From positions 37,888,437 through 37,952,436 of the forward strand of contig NC_092672.1 of NCBI RefSeq assembly GCF_964355755.1: 64,000 nucleotides of DNA, written 5' to 3'. A program made the position numbers and the translations under genes. The notes under the pieces were generated by a model, which did not search any database, was not told the origin of the DNA, and saw only the letters and a program-made list of their open reading frames with translations. This DNA comes from Antedon mediterranea. Taxonomy: Eukaryota; Animalia; Echinodermata. This document shows, piece after piece, positions 1 to 13,800 of this stretch (the first letter of the stretch is position 1; each line of letters starts with the position of its first letter).

Positions 1-58
1 AGTTTAAATATTGGAATTGAAATTTTAAACTATATACATATTACACATTATCAATATT

Positions 59-3000
59 TTACAAAACAAACAATACACTAACGAGACTGGAAACAACCAG
101 GAACAATACGTTGGATATAGACACGGCAGCTGAATTATTGTCGTCATTGTCACCAACTATGGTTTCAGCAGTGCAGCCTAAAAAGTCAACACCAAAAAGA
201 CGTGGATAGCCATAGTCCACGCCCCGGAATCTGTCATCGTAGCGATAATACTGCTTTCCCTTTACAAAGTACATATTAGTACCAGAACCTAGTATAAAAA
301 ATGATATAATAATTCAATATTAACTCATGATTGATGAAATGAAATATAACGTGAAAAAGCATCATGGGGAAAATATCTGAAGATTAGTTCATGCACATTA
401 ACCAATTGATCACTCTTAAAATAATCTCTTGTGATTGGTCAAATCACTTGCGTTGCGTATGATGGACGCACAGCGCAACAATAATATACGCAATACAAGT
501 GAGTTGACCAATCTATTGATAAAATAGGGGATAGGGGATGATCAATCGCGTCCTGTTTAGTAAACTTGCGGCGCGCTTACGTCATTGCGTTGACTCTTCC
601 ACTAGGTGATTTCTTTTCGCTCGAATCGAAAGAGTCAGCTTAAGCCGATTTTCCACTAGGCGAATTTGTTCGCGCGAATCGAAAGCGTCATGCTATGCAC
701 ATGCGTATTCGCGTTTCTGTCTGTCATACTGCCTTCTTCGACGAATTCTAGTTCCTTTGATTTTTCGCTTTAGCGAAATTTACTAGTTCGAATTGTTTCT
801 ACTTTTTGCGAAGCGAAATATTGCGCAACCAATCAGAGCTCAGGAAATGAGCACTCATGCGAATCGAAATGCTCAGCAACCACGCGAGGAACATGAACGT
901 CGCAGCTTTTCGCTCATGTAGTGAAAAGAGAGTAGGCGATTTTTTTCTCTTCGAAACGTTGGATTCGCGTGAACAAATTCGCCTAGTGGAAAATCAGCTT
1001 TATACGCATGAAAAATAGGCTTAAAGCATAGTCTTATGCGCAAACAAGTGTGTTTTGCGTCTAGTGCGATTTGGCGTCGATAAATAAATGTTAAGTCCGT
1101 CTTCTTTCCCGCCTATTACTTACCGTCTCCATAACGGAATGCTGCTGTCACGAAATCTGGAACCCCTGGAAACACAAGACTTATGCTTATTGGATAACCT
1201 GGGTCTATCGCTTTTCTTTCCTCGTTGTACCGCCAAACTAGATCATCCTTGAAAAAGTAGGTTGTTTGAAATTCGTAGTAAGTAAGAACTGCGTCAATAC
1301 CGTTAGGGAGTGAAGGTTTACCAGGCTCTGTTAAACTGCTAATGTCCAACGGACCTTCTTCTTGTACATTTCCATTAAATATGTAGTAACTGTCATCTGT
1401 GAGTGGAGAAGTGAATAAAATATTAAGAAAGGAGATTTTGTTGGAAGAGCTGCCTCTTCTCTAGAATGCTTATGAGTGCGATGGTACAAATAATTTCAAG
1501 AGGTGAGAGATGATAGATGATAATCTAGGTACCGGACGGAGTTTTGACTTAATATTAGTAAAAAGATAAATTATTGTGGCAGATATGGCGTTTCATACGT
1601 ATACTACTTGAGCTTGTAAATCGAAACGTCGATTGGTGAACTAACATTTAAAAGACAATAAATAGGCTACAGACTTGAGGCAAGTAGTAGTCTCTTCTCT
1701 CTTATTGTATGTGGGAGGTTAAAATCTACATTATAATTTATTATGACGCTCATGATGAACGATGAAACTACGGCATTTATAATATGCTATTTGTAATCGT
1801 GGTGTTATATTAAAAACAAAATTTAAGTTAATTAACACTTTACCTTTGAAGAAAATGATTTTACCATCCACTGGTCGTTCGTACACAGCGTCAACGTTGC
1901 TAGGTAGATCGTAATACCAGAAGTATTTGTTGTCTTCTCCTTCAGGATTGTTCGCAACATAATTGAGATATGGTATCCTCCAATATTTGTCATTCTATAA
2001 TACAAACAAAAGCGCAGGTTAGTATAATAGTAACGATATCCAGGTAAAAGTGATATTTAATTACTTTTTTAAACGAAACCTAACGAAATCTACAGCCTGG
2101 TCATAATTAGGATTCGAGCAAGGAGGTACGTGCACACAGCGCAAGTGATTTGACCAATCACGGTCTAATGAATTATATTTCATCGCCTCGTGATTGGTCA
2201 AATTATTTACAGCACTGTTACATTCTTCTCCATATTGTGAATATCTTGCATGTGACATTATTGGACATTTTGAATTGATGAAGGTTTACTAATATGATCA
2301 GTTGGTAGGCATATAATTATAATTTCTAATTCGTGAACTGTTCCATATTTGAAACTGTAGAAAGCAAATTTAATTTTTACCTGGAATGCAAAGATCTCAT
2401 ATCTAAGGAAACCGATAGCTGAATACGCCTTGTTACATCCTTCAACGTCACCAGACGTGTACGTAGGTTTTGGTCCTTCTCCTGATTTACCTACAAAGAA
2501 ACTTACTATAAAAAACATTGTTTCTAACATTGTTTCTAACATTGTTTCTAACATTGTTTCTAACATTGTTTCTAACATTGTTTCTAACATTGTTTCCAAC
2601 ATTGTTTCTAACATTATTTCTAACACTGTTTCTAACATTGTTTCTAACATTGTTTCTAACATTGTTTCTGACATTGTTTCTAACATTGTTTCTGATTGTT
2701 TCTAACATTGTTTCTAACACTGTTTCTAATATTGTTTCTAACATTGTTTCTGATTGTTTCTAACATTGTTTCTAGCATTGTTTCTAACATTGTTTCCAAC
2801 ATTGTTTCTAACACTGTTTCTAACATTGTTTCTAACATTTTTTCTAACATTGTTTCTAACATTGTTTCTAGCATTGTTTCTAACACTGTTTCTAACATTG
2901 TTTCTAACATTGTTTCTAGCATTGTTTCTAACATTGTTTCCAACATTGTTTCTAACACTGTTTCTAACATTGTTTCTAACATTGTTTCTAGCATTGTTTC

Positions 3001-6000
3001 TAACATTGTTTCTAACACTGTTTCTAACATTGTTTCTAACACTGTTTCTAACACTGTTTCTAACATTGTTTCTAACACTGTTTCTAACATTGTTTCTAAC
3101 ACTGTTTCTAACATTGTTTCTAACACTGTTTCTAACATTGTTTCTAACATTGTTTCTAGCATTGTTTCTAACATTGTTTCTGACATTGTTTCTAACACTG
3201 TTTCTAACATTGTTTCTAGCATTGTTTCTAACATTGTTTCTAATATTGTTTCTAACATTGTTTCTGATTGTTTCTAACATTGTTTCTAACACTGTTTCTA
3301 ACATTGTTTCTAACATTGTTTCTAACACTGTTTCTAACATTGTTTCTAACATTGTTTCTAGCATTGTTTCTAACATTGTTTCTGACACTGTTTCTAACAC
3401 TGTTTCTAACATTGTTTCTAGCATTGTTTCTAACATTGTTTCTAACACTGTTTCTAACATTGTTTCTGATTGTTTCTAACATTGTTTCTAACACTGTTTC
3501 TAGCATTGTTTCATTGTTTCTAACATTGTTTCTAACATTGTTTCTAACATTGTTTCTGATTGTTTCTAACATTGTTTCTAACATTTTTTCTAACATTGTT
3601 TCTAGCATTGTTTCTAACATTGTTTCTAACATTGTTTCTAACACTGTTTCTAATATTGTTTCTAACATTGTTTCTAACACTGTTTCTAACATTGTTTCTA
3701 ACATTGTTTCTAACATTGTTTCTAACATTGTTTCTAACATTTTATCAATAGGTTATTGATTGATTGATTGATTTACTTCCTTTTTCCTAATTTTGTTTTG
3801 ATATATTGATTCTTACACGTTTGCAGCGACCTAAATATTATGTCCGTGGTCGTCGCCATAGGCCTAACTGTAGAAAAACAAATATTAGGTCTAAGAATAA
3901 CATACGTTACTTACCATATAATGCTTGGATACCTCTTGTATCATCCTCTGGTAAGCTGAACGATGGTTGATAGCCTTGATATGAAGGATACATGAGTGCT
4001 CCCGCTACGCTAGAGTGTCCTAAACCTAGGGAGTGTCCAATCTCATGAGCCGCTACTTGAAGAAGATTGTAGCCTACAAATAAACAGGACCATTATACTT
4101 ATTTCAATATATTGTATAATACTTATATCATCTGTCTTGAACAAAATTGTTATTAAAACCATCTTTAAAGAAGGTAAACCATCCAGTTTAGCCCAGTGGG
4201 TTAACTGATATTCAGGGGCCCTCTTTAATAAAATCAAAATACATTGCAACAATAAACAATAACAGGTAATCATCATAAACATTAAATGTTTTAAGGTATG
4301 AATTATCCTTTAACGAATCATCTATACCCCTTTTTTGGTTTATAAGCATTTTTGTATGTAGTAAAATGAAAACCGTTTTCCGTTCACCAACAGCGGCAAA
4401 GCCCTTACTATAAAACTTGGTTCCCACTAGGACGCAGCGCAAGGACGTAAGCGCAACGCAAGCGAGTTGACCAATCACAAGCGAAAATTCGGATAATCCA
4501 TCGTTTGTGATTGGTTAACTTGCTTACATCGTTACGTTAGGTCCTAGTGGGAACCAAGCTTTATATAACTATTCGGTCAATAGGCCAAATATTTCTATAA
4601 TAATGAATACTACTTACCATAATAAGATTTCTGAGTAAAGCGTTCTGAGTCATCGAAATGAACGTCACCAGCTAGATCTTCAAAAGTGCCCGGTGAATAT
4701 GCATGAGCCAATACACCGTTTGGCCCATCAAATGGGTAATAATCTCCATGCGAGTAGGAACCAAAACTCAGATATATGTCCGCGTAACTGCCTAATTGAA
4801 CTTCTTGGAATACTAAAGGTGTCACATCACTCCATATTTTGAACGCTACTGCAATTATAGCATCAACATCAGACTTAGTTAACTCGGAAGTACTGCCTGG
4901 GTAACTTACAATGCTGAAACAAATAAAGGATTGGTTGCTATTACAGATTACGAACAGTATTTGGGAGAATTCGATTTAACGACCGATGACGTAGTATCTA
5001 TACATTAACCTTGGTTCCCACTATGACGCAACGCTAGGACGTAAACGCAACGCAAGCGTGTTGACCAATGACAAGCGACAGTCGAATAAATCCATCGCTT
5101 GTGATTGGTCAAATCCCTTACGTTGCGTTACGTCCTTGCGTTGCGTCTCTAGTGGGAACCAAGCATTACGTTGGAACGACCAAAATTGCGTCAAGGAATA
5201 ACGTGCACGTCACAAACTCCACCGCATGCGCACAATTAATGAAGGAATCAGCATTTAACTGGTTCCTAAAGTCGTCGCAAATCTCCACTTTGATAAATTG
5301 TTATAACCTGTTTACCGATTCTTTCCTAACAAACTTTGTTCATATTTAAACCAGGGAAAGCAATTGCCTTTCAGTAATCTAACTCCTTGGGATGATTCAG
5401 TAATTTCTCACTCCTGAGGACGATCAAAGCATATCGAAACGTCGGGAAACTCCGCAAACTTTATATCAACATTTGAAAATCTAAAAATCTGTATAAATGA
5501 ATAGATATAGATGTAGAAAAGACGATGTAAAAAAAAAACGTGGTTTACCTGTAAGTAAGGGGATTTGTTCTCCACGTATCTCCGGTGAACGCATACCGTT
5601 TGATTAACTTGCCGCCAAGCGTCTTACCGTCCTCGTTCGGCATCGTCGGGTCTGGCACACCACATCGGGGTTTGTCCATTTGTTCAAGTGTTTCCGCGTC
5701 AATTTCTCCTGTCACGCGCATACCGTAAAATTTCTGAAAATTCGTAATTGCTTGTTTGACGGTATCACTTTCTTTGATCTCATTTGGACCCATCATGTTT
5801 TTTTTTGGAGAGTATCCAAAGTTTTGTAGAAAAGTCTGGAAAGAAAATTATTTCATATATAATAAATCGTATATAATATAAATACTGCTAACATTTCAAA
5901 CTATGTTTCTTAACCCCCAAAACATAGTTTGGTATAAATACCTGAGTAACCTTTCTTATTATTTAACATAGTCTTAAATCGAAATAGCTGTATCATTTCT

Positions 6001-6365
6001 TCCAAAAAAGTTCCCAGAAAAAATGGGATGTACTCTGGACACGATAATGTCATATCACTACCATATTTAGGCACATCGCACTTGTTTTGTCAAACTATAG
6101 TTTAATAGTGTAGACAGAGCTTAAAATGAATTAAATTAAAAATGGGCATAATATACGCACTTATTCCACTGTTAAATTATTGTTAGTATAGATAGAAATA
6201 AATACACGATTTCAACTGATAAATTTATGCACATTAATTGTAGGTATAAGGTACACTTACCTGAGCTCTGATAGCTTCATCATCAGTAGGAACAGCATGC
6301 GCAGCAGGAAAACAGGCCCATGCCATGCCAAAAGTAAATAACACTAAACACTTCAAAATCGCCAT
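59..6365 (-). CDS. Membrane-type matrix metalloproteinase, paralog A (8 exons, probable GPI anchor; MMP17/25-like architecture)
   Basis: GT-AG exons 6261-6365, 5549-5835, 4618-4913, 3915-4073, 2381-2490, 1844-1994, 1124-1396 and 59-288 join in frame. Signal peptide [13 protein letters not shown], cysteine switch PRCGVPD, zinc motif [14 protein letters not shown], Met-turn ALMYP, hemopexin repeats ([24 protein letters not shown]), hydrophobic C-terminus ending at the stop. Confidence 0.95.
641..1000. mobile_element. Harbinger-like MITE with long TIRs
   Basis: AAGCCGATTTTCCACTAGGCGAATTTGTTCGCGCGAATC at the left end is the near reverse complement of GATTCGCGTGAACAAATTCGCCTAGTGGAAAATCAGCTT at the right end; TTA/TAA context. 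Confidence 0.7.
2514..3740. repeat. 12-bp minisatellite (AACATTGTTTCT)n, about 100 units, in MMP-A intron 4
   Basis: Directly visible tandem array with variant units AACACTGTTTCT, AGCATTGTTTCT and a shortened GATTGTTTCT. Confidence 0.98.
4412..4562. mobile_element. MITE family B (TIR AAGCTTGGTTCCCACTAG), Harbinger-like
   Basis: TIRs CTTGGTTCCCACTAGGAC...GTCCTAGTGGGAACCAAGCTT with internal GACCAATCAC/GTGATTGGTC palindromes. Other copies at about 5007-5165, 12707-13117, 21183-21390, 30802-31082, 33746-33868 and 35771-35890. Confidence 0.8.
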
Positions 6366-9248
6366 AGTAAATCTAGAAAGTCCTTCTTGTTCTCTCTCTC
6401 TCTTCGTTTTCCAGTTCAAGATAGCAAATAATAAATAATTTCGCTTCAGCTCTCTTCATTTATACAATTTTACAAGGACTCAACTTCTACCACAGGAAGG
6501 ATGTCATTATTATCCTACGACCCATCATCAGCAATCAAAATAATATCGATTACGTATCCTGGATAGGAAACTAGGAGACTCGGTGGTGCGTCAGATATAC
6601 GTTGTATTTAATAACGGTTTTAATAACCTTTATACGATTATTATAACATTTGTGGGTGTATTTGAACCGGTACTAAAAAAAATTATGACTTTCTACCTTT
6701 CCATGAGGCACTGATATTATTATATTATCAGTTGACCTATTATTGATAGATATCAAATACTTCTAAAGCTCTGTCTACACTATCAAACTAGTTTGACAAA
6801 AAAATGTGACGTGCTCAAATATGGTATAGTGATATGCCCTAATATGGTAGTGATATGACATAATCTTATCCATATACAGAGCTTTATTTGTTTCCATAAA
6901 GAGCATAACTGTACATACACCGTCGGCTGTTCAAGCCTGTTTTCTACATAAGCGAATTTATTCGCGCGAATCGAAATCCTGAGTTCTGAAGATTTTGTTA
7001 AAGCCAAATTGATTATACTAAAAAAAACATGTTTTTATAAAATGCTCTACCTAAAAACATTCTCAATTATTTGTGCATTTGTCTACGGTTAGTTAGAATT
7101 CATCGTAAGCCTTAAACTTTATAGGTCTGCATAGTTGTATATTGTTATATGCATCATATTATGATTTAACTTGTAGATATAAAGTTTAAATTCATAGCCT
7201 AAAGACCTAATATTCCCAACAATGTTTGCCTGTTAAACAATGCAATATTTGTGTGCACAAAGTATATGTTATTGTATAGGTGTGTACTAGTAAAGAGGGA
7301 AATAATACTGGCTGTATTGGTCCTTTCTATGGGTGACGTTAATAATAGTCACTTAATTCATCATTTCCATATATACGGTAAAGGGCCAACGAAATGAATG
7401 ATTATTCGTTAATATTCAAAAGCTTATTGCTTCCAGTGACTTTTACACCTTTCGCCTTTTCGCCCCAAATTGCCTTTCATTTACGAATCTGAATCTAAGA
7501 TAAGTTTACTTTACTTACTTCGCCCATAGCCGCTTGGGGTCTGTTGGGGCACTGTAGATGATTTAACAACTCTCCTCCATGTGGCCCTGTCCTACTCCAT
7601 TCTCAGTGTCGATATGAGTCAGATTGATCCATTCTTTGATGTAGATAAGTTTAATATATGACATTTTTAAATGTTCAAATTTGCTAAAGTTTATATGTTG
7701 GGGTGTGTCGAACTTAACGTCTTTCCGATATAACTCTTGATCCCAACACATGACTGAACAACTTTTCATTGTATATGCAATGTTATTTATTAACAAACTA
7801 TCATTATGTTATTATTTATTTATTATATGTCTGTTATATTATGGAAATAAATTGAATTTGAAATAGTGCTGCTTTTTTTAAAATTTCAAGATAAAGACGA
7901 TGATTAATAAGATTGCTCTTGCAATAAGGATGATGATTAATAGTCGAACCCTCGAATTATTTTAACTGTGTATAAAAGAAAAAGGAAATTACCATGAATA
8001 ATGATGACTTAATTTTTAGTATGTGACTTATTTTAAATAAACTGACTCAGTTTCATTGTTATTATCGGACAATGAATCACCTCCTTGTCATTATATCATG
8101 ACAATGTAATAGTTACGACGACGTATTATGCCCTATATTCATGTCCTTATAACATTAAAGTGGGTTCGACCTACAAACGCCCCACTTTGATATAATTCCT
8201 TATTCTTCGATAATAAACAAGAACTTTTAAATGTTGTTTGATACGACCAGACACCACTGTGGGCGTAACATTTATTTTGTTTTATTTATTTCTTCTTTAT
8301 AATGGGGGGGGGGGGGGGGTGTCTTTTTCAGTCAAAGAGTCTTCTCCCAAAGGGGGCACAGTATGCAGAAAAACAAACCAGTTACAAAGTTAAACAATCA
8401 AAACACACACAACCGACCCCTCCCCCAATTAAAATCATTTATTTGACCAAGGTGTGTTTTTTCCGTCGTGCCGAGCTTCGTATGTAAACTAACAATGTAA
8501 TTGCAAAGTTGATAAATTAAAAAAAAAAACACCGCTACAGGTGTCGGACGGTGTTGCAAAAAACGTGTAGGTTTTGCATACTGTAATAGTGTATGCGTTC
8601 AAAGTGTGCAAAGTATAAAGTTTGAAGCAAACGTGCCATAACCGTCAAACAGGACATACAATGCGTTAACGTGTAACCACAACATCAAGACGAGACATGT
8701 TTCTTATCCGCAATATTTAGTCATACGGAAATTACTATTAATTATTAATAATTTTAATAATAAAGTGTTGTTTGAGAACAAGTGCGATTTCCGAGGTTAA
8801 ACAAAATACCAATGTACTATGTATTGTTATTCATACACACATTGTCGTTATACTTTTAAAGCGTAAGCGTAACGCAAGCGAATTGACCAGACAAGCGGCA
8901 GATAATCCATCGCTTGTGATTTGTCAAATTACTTACGCGCACACGAATTTAATTACGAAATCGCTTTGTACAATAAGGGCGAATAGATCTCAAAACTCGT
9001 AAGTAGGCCTAGTCCAACAATATTATTGTTAAACAGATTTTTTTCTTTTTTTAATGTACCGGTATGTTTTAATTAAATGTTATTCTAGATGACCTCACAC
9101 GCGGATGTTAAGCCACGTAAGAAGGAAGAACAGGTAGGCCTAGTTAGCTTCCTGTAACACCCGGAAACAAGTTAATTCTCTCCAAATAAGGTATAACTGT
9201 GCCATTAGGTAGTGGTTACTGTGTGTCATTGGTAGTGGCTGTGGCCTA

Positions 9249-9480
9249 CTGATAGATGCACGCGAAGGGGCAAGGGTTGATCAAGGTTTGATTAGTACGG
9301 TGGTTCGTTGGGCTAACATTCGGGTGAATGTGTGTAGCACAAGTTGAGAGAGTCCCTCATCCCTTCACATTCTCTTGTGCCATCTTTTGGGTGTACTTAA
9401 AATGTAAAATGTAATGATACAAATGTGCAAGTTTGTGTTGATTGATTCAATTGTAAACTATGTTGTATTATTTATATATA
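9249..9480 (-). pseudogene. Degenerate duplicated fragment of a DEPDC5 exon plus its adjacent intron
   Basis: Colinear with 40959-41220, e.g. CGAAGGGGCAA..GGGTTGATCAAGGTT, GTTCGTTGGGCTAACATTCGGGTG, TGTGCCATCTTTTGGGTG, GTTTGTGTTGAT.GATTCAATTGT; contains indels. Confidence 0.9.
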
Positions 9481-9765
9481 CAAATAATGAATGTCTATGA
9501 GTGCGATGGTACAAATAATGAATGTATATGAGTGAGATGGTTAAAATAATGAATGTATATAAGTGCGATGGTACAAATAATGAATGTATATGAGTGCGAT
9601 GGTACAAATAATGAATGTATATGAGTGCGATGGTACAAATAATGAATGTTTATAAGTGCGATGTTACAAATAATAAATGTTTATGAGTGCGATGGTACAA
9701 ATAATGAATGTTTATGAGTGCGATAGTTTAAATAATGAATGTTTATAAGTGCGATGGTACAAATT
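9480..9765. repeat. 31-bp minisatellite (ACAAATAATGAATGTNTATGAGTGCGATGGT)n, about 9 units
   Basis: Visible tandem array. The same unit occurs about 3.5 times at 41221-41336 and once at about 1465-1493. Confidence 0.95.
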
Positions 9766-10821
9766 ATTTCATGAGGGGAAAGATGAAAGCTTGAACACAA
9801 TATTATATTCCAAAATTGAAGTAATTCACCAAAAACATATCTGGTGGCCCACAATTCGTCGTCGATTATTTCATTCATCATGAGCATCATTAATTTCACC
9901 ATTAGACAAACAAATTATTTTGAAAGAAAGACAATGAACAGTTATGAAAAATTAACTTACTTTTGTTTTAATTTACAAATATTGGTAGACATAGTATTGA
10001 CAACAATGTGTCCTTCTTTAGTCAGAATTAAGAATGGTCGACCGGTGTATTCAGCCGGTTCCCAGTAACTGTATCTATTTCCGAAGTATCATAGGGATAT
10101 TTGGTGTTTTACATGTACAGTATCTAGTAGTAATTCCCAACTCTTAATCTAACCTTACATGATACAGGCACCACATGCGATATAAATGAGATGTTGTATT
10201 CGGAAAAACATCGGAAATAGATAGTATGTAGAGATAATGCAACTAATTTCAAATAGTTTGGTCTTAAATAAATGGTGTAGTATACTTACAACTTGTTTTA
10301 ACAATGGTGTGGAAAATAAAAGTTCTATTTTATTTTAATAATTTGGAATTTTTGCAATCTAATCTATATATTTTATTACAGGAAAAATACAAAATTAATG
10401 TAATATTTTATAAACTAACTTAACTTAGCCTAACTATACTACATTTACACAAAATTTATTGCAGCAACATATTCCGTTATTATATTTATTTTATATTATA
10501 ATTAGGCCTACATTTATCCCTTTATTACAGCAGCTGTTCGGATCACACGTACTGTAGTTTACGAGATGGCATAATAAGTTCCATATTATGTTGATAATGC
10601 GTGATGGGAAGGAACGCCGGACGCACCAAAGGAACGCCGGACGCACAAAAGCGAAAACTACGGCGACCAGCACCAGACGACTGGATCCAGGATTTGGTAT
10701 CGTTTATAGCTTAAATTTTTCTGCATTAAATACTACCTTCTAAACTTAATTACCGATTTAAATATTGTAATGGATCACTGAAATTTAACTATTTATACAT
10801 ATTACACATAATATATATTTT

Positions 10822-13800
10822 TTATATAACAAACAATACGCTAACGAGACTGGAAACAGTTAGGAACAATACGCTGGATATAGACACGGCAGCTGAAGTT
10901 CCATCATTGTCTTCACTAACTAAGTCTTGAGCCCTGCAGCCTAAGAAGTCAATACCGTATAGACGTGGGAAGCCTTTCTCAACGGTTCGGACTCTTTCAT
11001 TGTAGCGGTAGTACACCTTTCCTTTTAAAAAGTACACATTACCTGGTTTATAAAAAAAACATCAATATTAATCAAACAATAAATGTATAATATTAATTAT
11101 TATTAATGTAACTTTGTATCATTACTGCTGGCTGGGAAGTCTCGAAAATGTGAAAGGTCGCTGTTGAGCATGGTGTGCAACATTTATATTTATGTGAGCG
11201 AAATCAGCATTAAATTGAATAGAACTGGTAACGGAATGAATATAATGAGTAGGCCTAATGTTGATTCCGTCAAAAACCTGAGAAGCTAGAATTGTTCACA
11301 CACGCAAGCAATATATAATTATTAATTCGACAGACCACTCACATCATGGACAAAATGATGAACATGTAGTGAGATTGTCATTGTAGTGTTCACTGTATGA
11401 TAGAGGCGCTCTATCATTCAGAAACAATGAATGAATCTAACACACAAGAGTCGTGGCTTGGTGGTTATGATGCGTAACTACCAATCTAAGGGTCATGGGT
11501 TCCAGTCCTGTCATATGTCAGCATTTTTTCTATTTTTTACAACTCCACTCCCAAAGACTTGTAATAAGACTTCGTTTATGTAGAGCATCTTGTGTACGTA
11601 TATGTTTGTCTTGTGAACGACATTGTCACCTTTGAGAAGGATAGTGAATGAATTTCGCTTGTGGTTATCCTTACATTATATCCTAAAAATGAGAAAATCA
11701 AATAAATAAATAATAATAGACCACTACACTTACCATCGTTATATCGGTATGCTGCAGTTAAATGATTGGGAACACCTTTAAATCTATCACCTATGATTGT
11801 TGGAAAGCCTGGAGCTATCGCTTTTCTTTCCTCGTCGTACTGCCAAACTAGATCACCCTTGAAAAAGTAGGTTGTGCGAAATTCGTAGTAAGTAAGAACT
11901 GCGTCGATGTTATTAGGGAGTGAAGGTTCATCAGGCCTAGTTAAGCTTGAAATTGATAATGGACCTCCTATATAATTATTTGCATCGTAGATGTAGTAAT
12001 TTTCACCTGTATTCGGAAATAAATGAATAGATTATTAGTAAAGATAGAGTATAATCTTACTTACTTAGGTTTACTTATGTGATATACTGGACGCAGGACT
12101 AAAGTCCTCTATATCCAGATCCAAATTGGTCCAATCCTGGTATTGTGAATCCTTAACTTGTGATCGTATATTACTGGTTGATTCCGCCAGAATTTGTCCA
12201 GACTATTTTTTAAACTGTTTAAGTGAGGTTGCTGTCACAACATGTTCCGGTAATGCATTTCAATTATCGGATATACGGTTACTAAAGGAAAATTTCCTTT
12301 TATCCAAATGGGAAACTCTCTTAAATCTTGTCTACACTATCAAATTTTATTTGTCAAAAAAGTTTGAGATTTACCCATATGGTAGTGCTATGCTTAAATA
12401 TGGTAGTGATATGACATCATCATGTCCATATATGGACACATCACATTTTTTTGACACATAGCTTAATAGTCTTAGTGATGCTTACCTAGCTATTTCTTTT
12501 AGTACAGTGATCCTAGTATGAGTTATTGTAAATTTTGATGAAGCTAAGGTTTATGAGATTAACAATTTAAAGATAAAAATAAACAAACATGATGTTCTGA
12601 TATAAGGATGAGCAATTAATTAACAAGTTCCAACAAGCCGTCCAATTATTGATGAATCAATCAATAAAAATAACGGTGCGTTACGTTCTATGTGAACCAT
12701 GCTTTAAGCTTGGTTCCCACTAGAACGTAACGCAAGGACGTAAACGCAACGCAAGCGTTTTAACCAATGACAAGCGAAGTTATAGACAGTTAGCAATCAC
12801 AAGCGAATAAGCCATCGCTTGTGATTGGTCAATTTACTTGCGTTGCGTTACGCCTTTGTGTTGCGTCGCTAGTTGGAACCACGCTTTAAGCTTGGTTCCC
12901 ACTAGAACGTAATGCAAGGACGTAAACGCAACGCAAGCGTTTTAACCAATGACAAGCGAAGTTATAGACAGTTAGCAATCACAAGCGAATAAGCTATCGC
13001 TTGTGATTGGTCAATTCACTTGCGTTGCGTTACGTCCTTGCGTTGCGTCACTAGTGGGAACCACGCTTTACGTTGCATCTACGTCCCTTGCGTTGCGTCC
13101 TAGTGGGAACCAAGCTTAAATGAAACTTTAGCGATGGATAGTTTAATTTACCTTTGAAGAAAATGAGACTCGCATCTGGTCGCTCATACACAGCGTCTAC
13201 ATCGTCAGGCAATACAGAACCCCACAAGGCTTTATTTTTTACTCCATTAATATTCGTAGGAAAACCTTGACTTGGTATTCTCCAATACCTATCATTCTAC
13301 AGTGAATTCAACAATAAAGAAAGTTATTAAATGTTATCGGGGTAGGCGTGGTATTACTGTTTAAAGCAGCTGGTTAATGAAAGCTTCAGTCCTACTGTAT
13401 CACCACAGAAGCCTCTTCAAGAGCAAAATATGGCGTATCAAAACATCAGTTAAAACTAAACGGTGCGCATTACATTACTCGATGTGTCAATCTCTAATAC
13501 TTTACGATACATTTACACTGGCAATTTTGGCTGTTATATTTTAGAATTAAGGTTTATTAATTATTATTTCGACTCAAGATCTGCAAAGCGCTTCGTGAAA
13601 AAGGTGGATACAGTATGTATAAACACAGTTGATATTTTACCTTGAATGCAAATATCTCAGTTCTGAGGTATCCAACAGCTGTAAACGCCTGATTACATCC
13701 TTCAGGTTTACCAGATGTGTACGTAGGTCGTGGTCCTCCTCCTCCAGATGACCCTATACACAAAGAAACCTCATGTAAATATGATTTCGCAAAGCATATA

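Noticed and set aside
2258-3759. Long ORFs such as [24 protein letters not shown] and VRNNVRNN
   Set aside because: Translations of a stop-poor 12-bp intronic minisatellite that is open in several frames on both strands; not protein genes.
9480-9765. 31-bp repeats, and the 27-bp (39031-39259) and 44-bp (26898-27075) arrays, as possible CRISPR arrays
   Set aside because: Units are directly adjacent with no unique spacers, there are no cas genes, and the context is eukaryotic.
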